From an uncultured bacterium (GTDB lineage Bacteria > Gemmatimonadota > Gemmatimonadetes > Gemmatimonadales > Gemmatimonadaceae), in contig CAXBQP010000002.1 of NCBI GenBank assembly GCA_963978095.1, positions 64,001-128,000 of the forward strand: a DNA stretch of 64,000 nucleotides, in the 5' to 3' direction. The position numbers and the translations under genes are program-made. The notes below the pieces were generated by a model. That model had not been told where the DNA came from. It saw nothing but the letters and a program-made list of their open reading frames with translations, and did not search any database. Every line of letters begins with the position of its first letter. Positions within the stretch are counted from its first letter, which is position 1. This document shows, in pieces, positions 54,185 to 64,000 of this stretch.

Positions 54185-55375
54185 GTGACCGCTCCTGCCG
54201 TATCGTCACGCGATGCCGGGACGCCCGTCACGGCCCCCCGGGGTGCGCGCGTGACCCTGACGTCGTTGGCCCTGCGCGATTTCCGGAACATCGCCGCGGC
54301 GGAGCTGCGGTTTCCCGCCGACGGGGTCGCCATCATCGGCGAGAATGGACACGGCAAGACGAACCTGCTCGAGGCGATCGCCTACCTGGAACTGCTCCGT
54401 TCGACGCGCGGGGCGCGGGACCGCGACCTGATCCGCTTCGGTGCGACGGGCTTCCATATCGGCGCGACGATGGACGGCGCATCGGCGCAAGCCTGTGGCG
54501 CCGGCTCCGATCGTGCGGGGCGCAAGAAGGTGACGCTCGACGGCGTCGAGATCACCCGACTCACCGATGCGCTCGGCGCGTTGCCATCGGTCGGGTTCTC
54601 ACCCGCCGACGTCGTTCTCGTCGCAGGGGCCCCCGCCGAACGCCGACGCTACCTCGACATCGTCCTCGCGCTGACCTCCGCCCCCTATCTGCAGGCGCTT
54701 CGGCAGTATCGAGCGGCGCTCGCGCGTCGCAACGCCACGCTCCGCGACGCGGCCCGCAGTCCGGCCCGCCGTGCAGCGGCCGCGGCGTCGGTCGCGGCAT
54801 GGGAGCCGATGCTTGCGCAACATGGCGCCGTGCTCGTTCACGAGCGGCGCGCGTGGATTGCGGCGCAGGCGGACGAGTTCGCGCGCCTCGTTCACGCCAT
54901 CGGCGAACGCGCGCCGATGACGCTCGCGTACGGGTCGTCGCTCGCCGAGGCCTCCGACCTCCGCGGCGCACTCGCCGACGCCCTCCACCGGGGACGCGAG
55001 CACGACATTCGCCGCGGGCTCACGCACGCCGGCCCGCATCGTGACGATCTCGCGATCGCCCTCGACGGCCGTGACCTGCGCTCTGTCGGCTCCGCGGGTC
55101 AACAACGCACCGCCGCCATCGCGCTGCGGCTGTTGGAGGCCGCCACCCTCAGGACACGCGGCGCGCAGCCCCTGCTGCTGCTCGATGATCCGTTCGCCGA
55201 ACTCGATCGGCGGCGCACCGAGCGCGTCCTCTCGCTGATCGACGCGGCATCCGCGCACGGGCTCGGCCAGACCGTGCTGTGCGTTCCGCGCGAAGAGGAG
55301 ATCCCCGACGGCTTCACCCGCCTCGAACGGTGGCGCGTGGTCGACGGCATCTTCACCCCCGTGCGCGCCGCATGA
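54185..55375 (+). CDS. recF: DNA replication/repair protein RecF
   Basis: FRN, GENGHGKTNLLEAI, GPHRDDL, SAGQQR, LLLDD. Confidence 0.95.
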   Translation: MTAPAVSSRDAGTPVTAPRGARVTLTSLALRDFRNIAAAELRFPADGVAIIGENGHGKTNLLEAIAYLELLRSTRGARDRDLIRFGATGFHIGATMDGASAQACGAGSDRAGRKKVTLDGVEITRLTDALGALPSVGFSPADVVLVAGAPAERRRYLDIVLALTSAPYLQALRQYRAALARRNATLRDAARSPARRAAAAASVAAWEPMLAQHGAVLVHERRAWIAAQADEFARLVHAIGERAPMTLAYGSSLAEASDLRGALADALHRGREHDIRRGLTHAGPHRDDLAIALDGRDLRSVGSAGQQRTAAIALRLLEAATLRTRGAQPLLLLDDPFAELDRRRTERVLSLIDAASAHGLGQTVLCVPREEEIPDGFTRLERWRVVDGIFTPVRAA

Positions 55376-55382
55376 GCCCGCG

Positions 55383-55697
55383 ATGAGCGACGCGCGCCCC
55401 AAGCGCACACCGAGCAGCATCGGCGACGCGCTGGCCAGCTTCCTGAAGGAGAGCGGGCTTGACGGCCGCGTTGGACGCGCGCGCGTGCTGGTCGACTGGC
55501 CGACGATCGTCGGCCCCCAGATCGCCGGGGTGACGGCGCCGCGCATGCTCACGGAGGACGGCACGTTGTTCGTCGGCGTCAAGACGCACGGATGGATGCA
55601 GGAACTGTCGATGATGGAGCGCACGCTGGTCGCCAAAATCAACGCGCGTCCGGGGCCGGCGGCGGTCACGCGCATTCGGTGGGAGCTCCTCCCCTGA
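55383..55697 (+). CDS. DciA/DUF721-family protein
   Basis: WPTIVGPQIA, GTLFV..WMQEL; between recF and gyrB. Confidence 0.85.
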   Translation: MSDARPKRTPSSIGDALASFLKESGLDGRVGRARVLVDWPTIVGPQIAGVTAPRMLTEDGTLFVGVKTHGWMQELSMMERTLVAKINARPGPAAVTRIRWELLP

Positions 55698-55770
55698 GCG
55701 GGAGGACGAACGGCCGGTAAGTCCTTGGGGGACGGCTCTTTGCGGGCTGTTGGCACGGCGGCGACGGCGA

Positions 55771-57842
<2,072 letters not shown>

Positions 57843-57880
57843 GCACGGCCGGCGACGGTCGGCTCCAGGGGAGATGCAAC

Positions 57881-57918
57881 AAGACCACGCCGCGCGCTGG
57901 AGCGCCGGCGTGGTCTTT
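57881..57918. terminator. Hairpin terminator after gyrB
   Basis: AAGACCACGCCG/CGGCGTGGTCTT stem between convergent genes. Confidence 0.7.
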
Positions 57919-57929
57919 GCGTTCGACGG

Positions 57930-58181
57930 TTAGTGCATCGGCTTCGCGCCGCTCTTCAGATCGCGGGCGAAGGCTACGTGCGCTCCGGCGAGGATCGTCA
58001 CGGGCACGGCCATGGCGATGGCCAGCACGGTCCACAACAGCGGCGTGATCCCGCCCGTCGCGCCCGGCGCTCCGCTGGTCGCGGTTGGGCGCCACACGAA
58101 CAACAGCAGTGCGTAGAGCGCGACAATCCCGCCAGCCATCGTCATCGCGCCTTGCGCTGCCATCTTCTCGAACTTCTCCAT
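57930..58181 (-). CDS. Small two-TM hypothetical membrane protein
   Basis: AGGGAG RBS, 83 aa, two hydrophobic segments. Confidence 0.6.
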   Translation of the reverse strand: MEKFEKMAAQGAMTMAGGIVALYALLLFVWRPTATSGAPGATGGITPLLWTVLAIAMAVPVTILAGAHVAFARDLKSGAKPMH

Positions 58182-58248
58182 CGTGCGCGCTCCCTGTATT
58201 TCCAGTTCCGGAGGCCGGATCCCCTGATTCGGCCGTATCCTCATGAAT

Positions 58249-59580
58249 CTAGGCGAGCTGTTCCACTCCGCCAGTCGTAATGCGGTGCGAAATCAACGGC
58301 CGGGGATGGACAGGGGTTGGACCAATCACCACCGCGCCCGCCAACGCGGCCCGCCCTGCCTCCGCACACTCCGTGTCCCGCGCCTCGATGATCGCCAGCG
58401 TGTCGCCAGTCCGCACCGTGTCGCCCGGCCGCGTGGTGATGCGAAAGCCCACCGCAGGATCGACCACATCGGCCATCGTGGTGCGCCCACCCCCCATGGC
58501 GGTGATGCCTCTGCCGATCGCGCGCGGTTCGACGCGTTGGACGACGCCATCGCTCTCGGCGAGGAACGGGAGGCGCAGCGCGGGCTGTGGCAGCAGCGCG
58601 GTCGGATCGTCGCAGACCTGCGGGTCACCACCCTGCGCGGCGACGATGGCGCGGAACCGTTCGAGCGCCGCGCCGGAGTCCACGGCATCCCGCGCGCGGC
58701 CATAGCCGGCCTCACGGGTGGCGTCGGCGCCGCCGAGCACCAGCATCTCCGCGGCCATGCGCAGCGTCAGCTCCCGCAGGTCGGCCGGGCCTCTCCCCTT
58801 GAGCAGGTCGATGGCTTCTGCGACCTCGTTGGCGTTGCCACAGGCCTCACCCAGCGGCGCATCCATGTTGGTGAGCAGTGCCACGACGGGGACGCCGTGG
58901 CGCGCGCCGAGCGCGATCATGGTCTCTGCGAGCGTGATCGCGTCGTCGAGGTCGGGCATGAACGAACCGGCCCCAGTCTTCACGTCGAGCACGAGTCCCG
59001 TCAGCGACTCCGCCATCTTCTTGCTCATGATGGACGCCGAGATCAGCGGGATGCTCTCGACCGTCGCCGTGGCATCGCGCAGGGCATACAGCACACGATC
59101 CGCCGGCGCGATCTCCGCGGATTGCCCGATCAGCGCGCAGTGAAGTCGCTCGAGCTGCCGCGTGGCGTCGGCCAACGGGATCCGGGTGCGGAATCCGGGG
59201 ATCGATTCGAGCTTGTCGAGCGTGCCGCCGGTGTGGCCAAGGCCGCGCCCGGACATCATGGGGACGGCGACGCCGCACGAAGCGACAATCGGCGCGAGCG
59301 CGATCGAGACTTTGTCGCCCACGCCGCCGGTGCTGTGCTTGTCCACGCGGCCCACCGGCAAATGGCGCAGGTCGAGCGATCGGCCGCTGGCGAGCATGCC
59401 GTCCATGAGGGCCGTGGTTTCGCGCGCAGTCAGCCCCCGGAAATAGATTGCCATGAGCAGCGCCGACACTTGATAGTCGGCCAAAGTTCCCGCGGCCAGC
59501 GCGCGCGTGAACGCGTGCCACTCGGCGGCGGGAATCTCTCCGCCGTCACGCTTGCATTCAATGAGGTCGCGAAGCGTCAT
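58249..59580 (-). CDS. pdp: Pyrimidine-nucleoside/thymidine phosphorylase
   Basis: DKHSTGGVGD, SGRGLGHTGGTLDKLE, RDATAT, SIMSKK. Confidence 0.93.
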   Translation of the reverse strand: MTLRDLIECKRDGGEIPAAEWHAFTRALAAGTLADYQVSALLMAIYFRGLTARETTALMDGMLASGRSLDLRHLPVGRVDKHSTGGVGDKVSIALAPIVASCGVAVPMMSGRGLGHTGGTLDKLESIPGFRTRIPLADATRQLERLHCALIGQSAEIAPADRVLYALRDATATVESIPLISASIMSKKMAESLTGLVLDVKTGAGSFMPDLDDAITLAETMIALGARHGVPVVALLTNMDAPLGEACGNANEVAEAIDLLKGRGPADLRELTLRMAAEMLVLGGADATREAGYGRARDAVDSGAALERFRAIVAAQGGDPQVCDDPTALLPQPALRLPFLAESDGVVQRVEPRAIGRGITAMGGGRTTMADVVDPAVGFRITTRPGDTVRTGDTLAIIEARDTECAEAGRAALAGAVVIGPTPVHPRPLISHRITTGGVEQLA

Positions 59581-59646
59581 TGACCCCGTCCGCGGGGATG
59601 GCGAACGTTATCAGAGGGTGCTGGGCTTCTTCCGTGACGGTGGCGC

Positions 59647-60435
59647 ATGACCTTGGGTCGGCAGTTGACAGCAGTCGTCTGGTGCATGATCGCGGTCGCG
59701 GCATCGGCAGCGACCGCGCATCCGGCGTGGTCGCAAACCACTGCGCGTGAGCAGATCGCGCTCGGCGACCACGAGTACACGCTCCGCAAGGTACCCGCGG
59801 CACTGGAGCGGTATCGCGCGGCGCTCCAAGCGGAACCTAAGAACTACGACGCGCTCTGGAAAGCGTCACGCGCCGAGGTGGATCTCGCCGAGTCGTACGG
59901 CAAGGGAAAAGCGCAGGACGACGCCCTCACCCGGGCGGAAGCCTTCGGCCGCCGCGCAGCGGAGGTGAATCCCCTTGGCACGGAAGGGCATTTCGCGCTG
60001 GCACGCGCCGCGGGACGCCGTGCGCTGAGCGTCAGTGCGCGCGACCGCATCAAGTTCGCCGACCTGGTGCGCACCGAGGCGCTGGCGTCCCTCCGCGGTG
60101 ATTCCCTCAACGCGGGGGCGTTGCACGTGCTCGGGATGTGGCATGCCGAAGTCATGCGCACCGACGTGATCTCCCGCACTCTGGCGCGTGCGTTCTTCAA
60201 GACGGACATGTTCAAGGTGGCGAGCTGGAACGAAGCGCAGCGACTCATGGAGCGGGCGGTGGCGTTGGACCCCGACCGGCTGGTGCACCGCATGGATTTG
60301 GCCGCGATCTACGCCGACCGCGGACTGAAGGCAAAAGCGCGTGCCACGTATGAGGCCGTACTGGCCGCACCGGTCCGCGAGTTCAATGATGAGGTGTACC
60401 AGCGACTCGCCGCCGATCGGCTGCGGAAACTGTGA
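59647..60435 (+). CDS. Exported TPR-like protein
   Basis: Signal peptide (AWS|Q), helical repeats ALWKASRA, GHFALARA, RAVALDP. Confidence 0.75.
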   Translation: MTLGRQLTAVVWCMIAVAASAATAHPAWSQTTAREQIALGDHEYTLRKVPAALERYRAALQAEPKNYDALWKASRAEVDLAESYGKGKAQDDALTRAEAFGRRAAEVNPLGTEGHFALARAAGRRALSVSARDRIKFADLVRTEALASLRGDSLNAGALHVLGMWHAEVMRTDVISRTLARAFFKTDMFKVASWNEAQRLMERAVALDPDRLVHRMDLAAIYADRGLKAKARATYEAVLAAPVREFNDEVYQRLAADRLRKL

Positions 60436-62453
60436 CCGCCGCCGCGCGCGCCGCCGAACTTCGTGAGCGCCTCGAGCGGGCGTCGCACGAGTACTATGTG
60501 CTGGACCGCCCGACGCTGTCGGACCGCGACTACGACCTGCTGTTCCGGGAGCTGCAGGCGATCGAGCGCGACCACCCGGAACTGCGCACGCTCGACTCCC
60601 CCACGATGCGCGTGGGCGCGGAGCCGGCGACCAGCTTCGCGAAGCACGCGCATCTCGTGCCGATGATATCGCTCGACAACGCCTTCAGCGATGCCGAGGT
60701 CGAGGATTGGGATGGTCGCGCCGTGAAGATCGTGAGCGGGGCGGTCGCCGCCGACGGCTATTGCACCGAGCTCAAGATCGATGGCGCAGCGGTGAGTCTC
60801 ACGTATCGCGACGGCGTGTTCGTGACGGGGGCCACGCGCGGCAACGGAACGGTCGGCGAGGACGTCACGGCGAATCTGCGCACGATCCGCGGCATACCGC
60901 TCCGCCTCCAGGGGAGCGGACACCCGCCGGTCATCGAGATCCGCGGCGAGGTGTACTTCCCATTCGACGGATTCGAGCAGCTCAACGAAGAGCGCGCGAA
61001 AGCCGGGGAGCCCGTCTTCGCCAACCCGCGCAACAGTGCCGCCGGCTCGCTCCGGCAACAGGATCCGGCGATCACCGCCGCTCGTCCCCTGCGTTTCTTC
61101 GGCTACGCGTTTGCCGTCCCGGGCAGCGCCACGCTGCCGTTCCGCACGCAATGGGAGCTGCTCGAGACGCTCGCGGCTTGGGGCATCCCCGTGGCGCCGC
61201 ACCGCAAGCGCTGCGCGACGCTCGCCGAGGTGCATGCGCACGCGCATGAAGTGGAGTCCACCACGCGTGCCGCGCTGAACTTCGGGATCGACGGATTGGT
61301 CGTAAAGGTGAACGCCCTGGCGCTGCAGGGTGAACTCGGAGTCGTCGGCGGCCGGGTCCCGCGCTGGGCAATCGCGCGGAAGTTCGCGCCCGACATCGCC
61401 GAGACGCGGCTCGTGGCCATCGAAGTCAATGTCGGCCGGACCGGGAAGATCAATCCGTACGCCGTGCTCGAGCCGGTCGAGGTCGGGGGGACGACGGTCC
61501 GCTATGCCACGCTGCACAACTTCGAGTTGATCACCCAGAAGGACCTGCGGGTCGGTGACGTGGTGTTGCTGAAGCGCGCCGGCGAGGTCATTCCGCAGAT
61601 CATCGGACCGGTCCCCGAGAAGCGCGATCCCGCGAATCCCCCCGCACGCACGGCGTTCCCGGAGGTCTGTCCGTCGTGCGGCGAGGAGGTGCGTCGCGAC
61701 GAGAAGGACATCTTCTGCGAGAACGACCGATGCCCGGGACGCCGCCTCGAGGCCTTGGTCCACTTCGCCTCGCGCGGCGCGATGGATATCGACGGCCTCA
61801 GCACCGCGCGCATCGAGCAGTTGGTGGAGAGCGGGTTGGTCCACGACTCGGCCGACCTCTACCAGCTCACCGCTGCGCAAGTATCGGAACTCGAGCGGTT
61901 CGCGGCCAAAAGTGCCCAAGCGCTCGTCGAGGCGATTGCCGCCTCCAAGCAGCAACCGCTCTCACGACTCCTCTTCGGACTGGGGATCCGTCATGTCGGG
62001 GCGGAGGCGGCGCAGTTGCTGGCGCGACAGTTCGGCACGTTGGATGAACTGTCCGCGGCGGCCATGCCGGGACCGGACGCCATCGAGGCGGTCCACGGCA
62101 TCGGGCCGATCATCGCGGCGTCCGTCCATGACTATTTCGCGGACACGCACGTTCAGCGGTTGCTCGAGAGACTCAAAGCCGTCGGCATCAACACCGTCGA
62201 ACCGCAAAAAGCGGAAGTGTCATCGGTGTTCAAGGGGCTGACCGTGGTCGTCACCGGCACGCTCCCGACGCTGAGTCGCAATGAAGCCAAGGAGCTGATT
62301 CAGTCCGCCGGCGGCAAGGTGACCGACTCCGTCTCCAAGGCCACCAGCCTGTTGGTCGTCGGCGCCGACGCGGGCAGCAAGCTCGACAAGGCGCGGGCGC
62401 TCGGCACCGAGGTGATCGACGAGGCCGAACTCTTGCGCCGGATCGGGCGCTGA
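60432..62453 (+). CDS. ligA: NAD-dependent DNA ligase
   Basis: KIDG, EIRGE, FANPRN, Zn finger, HhH, BRCT. Confidence 0.98.
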   Translation: MTAAARAAELRERLERASHEYYVLDRPTLSDRDYDLLFRELQAIERDHPELRTLDSPTMRVGAEPATSFAKHAHLVPMISLDNAFSDAEVEDWDGRAVKIVSGAVAADGYCTELKIDGAAVSLTYRDGVFVTGATRGNGTVGEDVTANLRTIRGIPLRLQGSGHPPVIEIRGEVYFPFDGFEQLNEERAKAGEPVFANPRNSAAGSLRQQDPAITAARPLRFFGYAFAVPGSATLPFRTQWELLETLAAWGIPVAPHRKRCATLAEVHAHAHEVESTTRAALNFGIDGLVVKVNALALQGELGVVGGRVPRWAIARKFAPDIAETRLVAIEVNVGRTGKINPYAVLEPVEVGGTTVRYATLHNFELITQKDLRVGDVVLLKRAGEVIPQIIGPVPEKRDPANPPARTAFPEVCPSCGEEVRRDEKDIFCENDRCPGRRLEALVHFASRGAMDIDGLSTARIEQLVESGLVHDSADLYQLTAAQVSELERFAAKSAQALVEAIAASKQQPLSRLLFGLGIRHVGAEAAQLLARQFGTLDELSAAAMPGPDAIEAVHGIGPIIAASVHDYFADTHVQRLLERLKAVGINTVEPQKAEVSSVFKGLTVVVTGTLPTLSRNEAKELIQSAGGKVTDSVSKATSLLVVGADAGSKLDKARALGTEVIDEAELLRRIGR

Positions 62454-62469
62454 GCCTTTCTTTGAGACC

Positions 62470-63033
62470 GTGACCACTCCGATCGACCTGCCCGCCGACG
62501 CACTCGTCGCCGTTCCCCGCGAGGCGCTCCTCGCCCTGCGCGCGGCGATGCGGCGTGGCGCAGGGGACGCGGCCGCCGCCTGGTTGCAGGCGGGGGGATT
62601 CGCGGCAGGGACGGCAGTCTTCGCCGCGTTCGAGCGCTGGAGTGGGGCCCGAGGCGTGGCCTCCGCCGCGACGCTGGACCTCGAGCAGTTCCGCGACGTG
62701 GCGGCCCAGTTCTTCCGCGAGAGCGGCTGGGGGGAGGTCACGATCTCGGCACTCGATGGGGTGGTCGCGACGGTCGACGCGCCCGACTGGGCAGAGGCCG
62801 AGGCCGGGGCCGCGTTGCCACACCCAGGGTGCCACTACTCGAGCGCGCTCCTCGCCGACTTCTTCGGGCAGGTGGCGGACGCGCCGCTTGCGGCACTCGA
62901 GGTCGAGTGCCGATCGAGTGGGGGATCGCGCTGCCGCTTCCTGATCGGCAGCGAAAGCGTGCTGAATGCGATCTATGACCAGATGGCGACGGGCGTCGCC
63001 TACGGGGTCGCGGTTCGCACCGTCGCGAACTAG
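62470..63033 (+). CDS. Stand-alone V4R-domain protein
   Basis: GWG, PGCHY, EVECRSSGGSRCRF. Confidence 0.8.
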   Translation: MTTPIDLPADALVAVPREALLALRAAMRRGAGDAAAAWLQAGGFAAGTAVFAAFERWSGARGVASAATLDLEQFRDVAAQFFRESGWGEVTISALDGVVATVDAPDWAEAEAGAALPHPGCHYSSALLADFFGQVADAPLAALEVECRSSGGSRCRFLIGSESVLNAIYDQMATGVAYGVAVRTVAN

Positions 63034-63548
63034 GTCAACCCCTCGTATTTCGGATTCGGCGACAGTTCGCCGTCCACGAGAATCTCCCGATCCCACGGCA
63101 GGACGATCGCGCTCTCGAGGGCGAGCGCGTGGAAATCCGGGACGAAGCTCCCCGTCTTGAAGCTGACGGCAGTTCGCAACTCCACCGCCCCGGCATTCAC
63201 GATCGCGGCGATCGCCAGGCGCAACGTGTCGCCCGAATCACAGGTCTCATCGACGATCAGGACCCGCTTGCCCCGGACATCGGAGGGGGCCTCGCCGAAC
63301 ACCGACGGGGTCGCGCGCACGGTCTCGGTGCGATACCGCCGGCTCACCATCATCGAGTGGAATGGCCGGTCGAGAATGGCTGCGACGACCGCCCCTGGCA
63401 CGACCCCGGCGTTGGCCACCCCGATCACCACCTCCGGGTCGAACTCCCGGGCGACTTTGAGCGCGAGGGCGCGCGCGAGTTCGCCGAAGACAGGCCAGTC
63501 CACGACGAAGGGGTCCTTGTGCGGGCGGGGCGACCGGTTGGTGGGCAT
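63030..63548 (-). CDS. Type I phosphoribosyltransferase
   Basis: VIGVANAG, VLIVDETCDSGDTL, PD..IVLPW. Confidence 0.85.
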   Translation of the reverse strand: MPTNRSPRPHKDPFVVDWPVFGELARALALKVAREFDPEVVIGVANAGVVPGAVVAAILDRPFHSMMVSRRYRTETVRATPSVFGEAPSDVRGKRVLIVDETCDSGDTLRLAIAAIVNAGAVELRTAVSFKTGSFVPDFHALALESAIVLPWDREILVDGELSPNPKYEGLT

Positions 63549-63738
63549 ACCGGAAGCTATGGCCGGCGCGCGCGCACGGGTACTCAGGGGTTCCCTGACC
63601 GCCGTCCACGCCTCGTCCAGGTTGCTCGCCTTCACGAGTCCCCCTAGCTTGTGCCGTTGAGGGGGAGCGGCGCGTCATTGTGTGGGGGAAGTGTCCCCCC
63701 GCTGTCCGACCGTCCCCTTGCCCTGCCCCCGCCCCGCT

Positions 63739-64000
63739 ATGTCCTGGTTGAGCCGCCTGTTCGGTGGCAGCTCCGACTCGAGCCCCAGACCGCAGCGCCT
63801 CGACTATCTGTCCGAGGCGCTGGTTTTGGAGCGCCAGGGGGACTACGACGCCGCGCTCACCTCGTACCGGCTCGCGCTCCGCGACAATCCGAACGACCTG
63901 AAGGTCCTCCAGAACATGGCCATCGCCTTCTCCCGGACTGGGCGTCTGGAAGAAGCGGTGCGCGCCTATCGACGGTCGCTGGAGATCGACCCGACCTTGT
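63739..64000 (+). CDS. TPR protein, 3'-truncated by window edge
   Basis: MSWLSRLFGG...QGDYDAALTSYRLAL..P..NMAIAFSRTGRLEEAVRAYRRSLEIDP. Confidence 0.8.
   Translation, partial: MSWLSRLFGGSSDSSPRPQRLDYLSEALVLERQGDYDAALTSYRLALRDNPNDLKVLQNMAIAFSRTGRLEEAVRAYRRSLEIDPTL

Noticed and set aside
55751..55766. TGGCACG sigma-54-like -24 box before gyrB
   Set aside because: No TTGC at the required spacing

Overview
GC-rich bacterial chromosomal window; gene content and protein style suggest Gemmatimonadota (inference, not searched). 1-10.7 kb: flagellar cluster (flhG-fliA-orf-flgFGAHIJNK-csrA, a degenerate histidine-kinase-like gene, motAB). 10.7-30.4 kb (minus strand): rpsL-rpsG ending in a hairpin with no fusA/tuf, a 6 kb MFS/acyltransferase/Rid/MCE block, then tRNA-Tyr/Gly/Thr-rpmG-secE-nusG-rplKAJL-rpoBC with no tufB. 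30.8-33.6 kb: four type IV minor pilin genes between tRNA-Thr(TGT) and tRNA-Tyr. 33.6-43.3 kb (minus strand): uvrA-sdaAB-sdaAA, a TonB-plug-only protein, a CesT/YbjN-like gene, pspA, AI-2E permease, cysS, tRNA-Thr. 43.4-49 kb: TPR-transglutaminase-ABC-GNAT operon. 49-64 kb: mtnA-glpK-yfiM-like-degenerate ccmF, crotonase-recF-dciA-gyrB, pdp, TPR-ligA-V4R, a phosphoribosyltransferase and a partial TPR gene. No CRISPR array, rRNA, integrase or transposase was seen. The most striking items are several intact genes with broken catalytic motifs: an MCE transporter ATPase lacking all ABC motifs, a ChpT-like pseudokinase beside motAB, FlhG lacking the Walker A lysine, and a CcmF homologue lacking the WWD motif. 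Also notable are the transglutaminase-ABC operon and a ~160-aa RpoB insertion.
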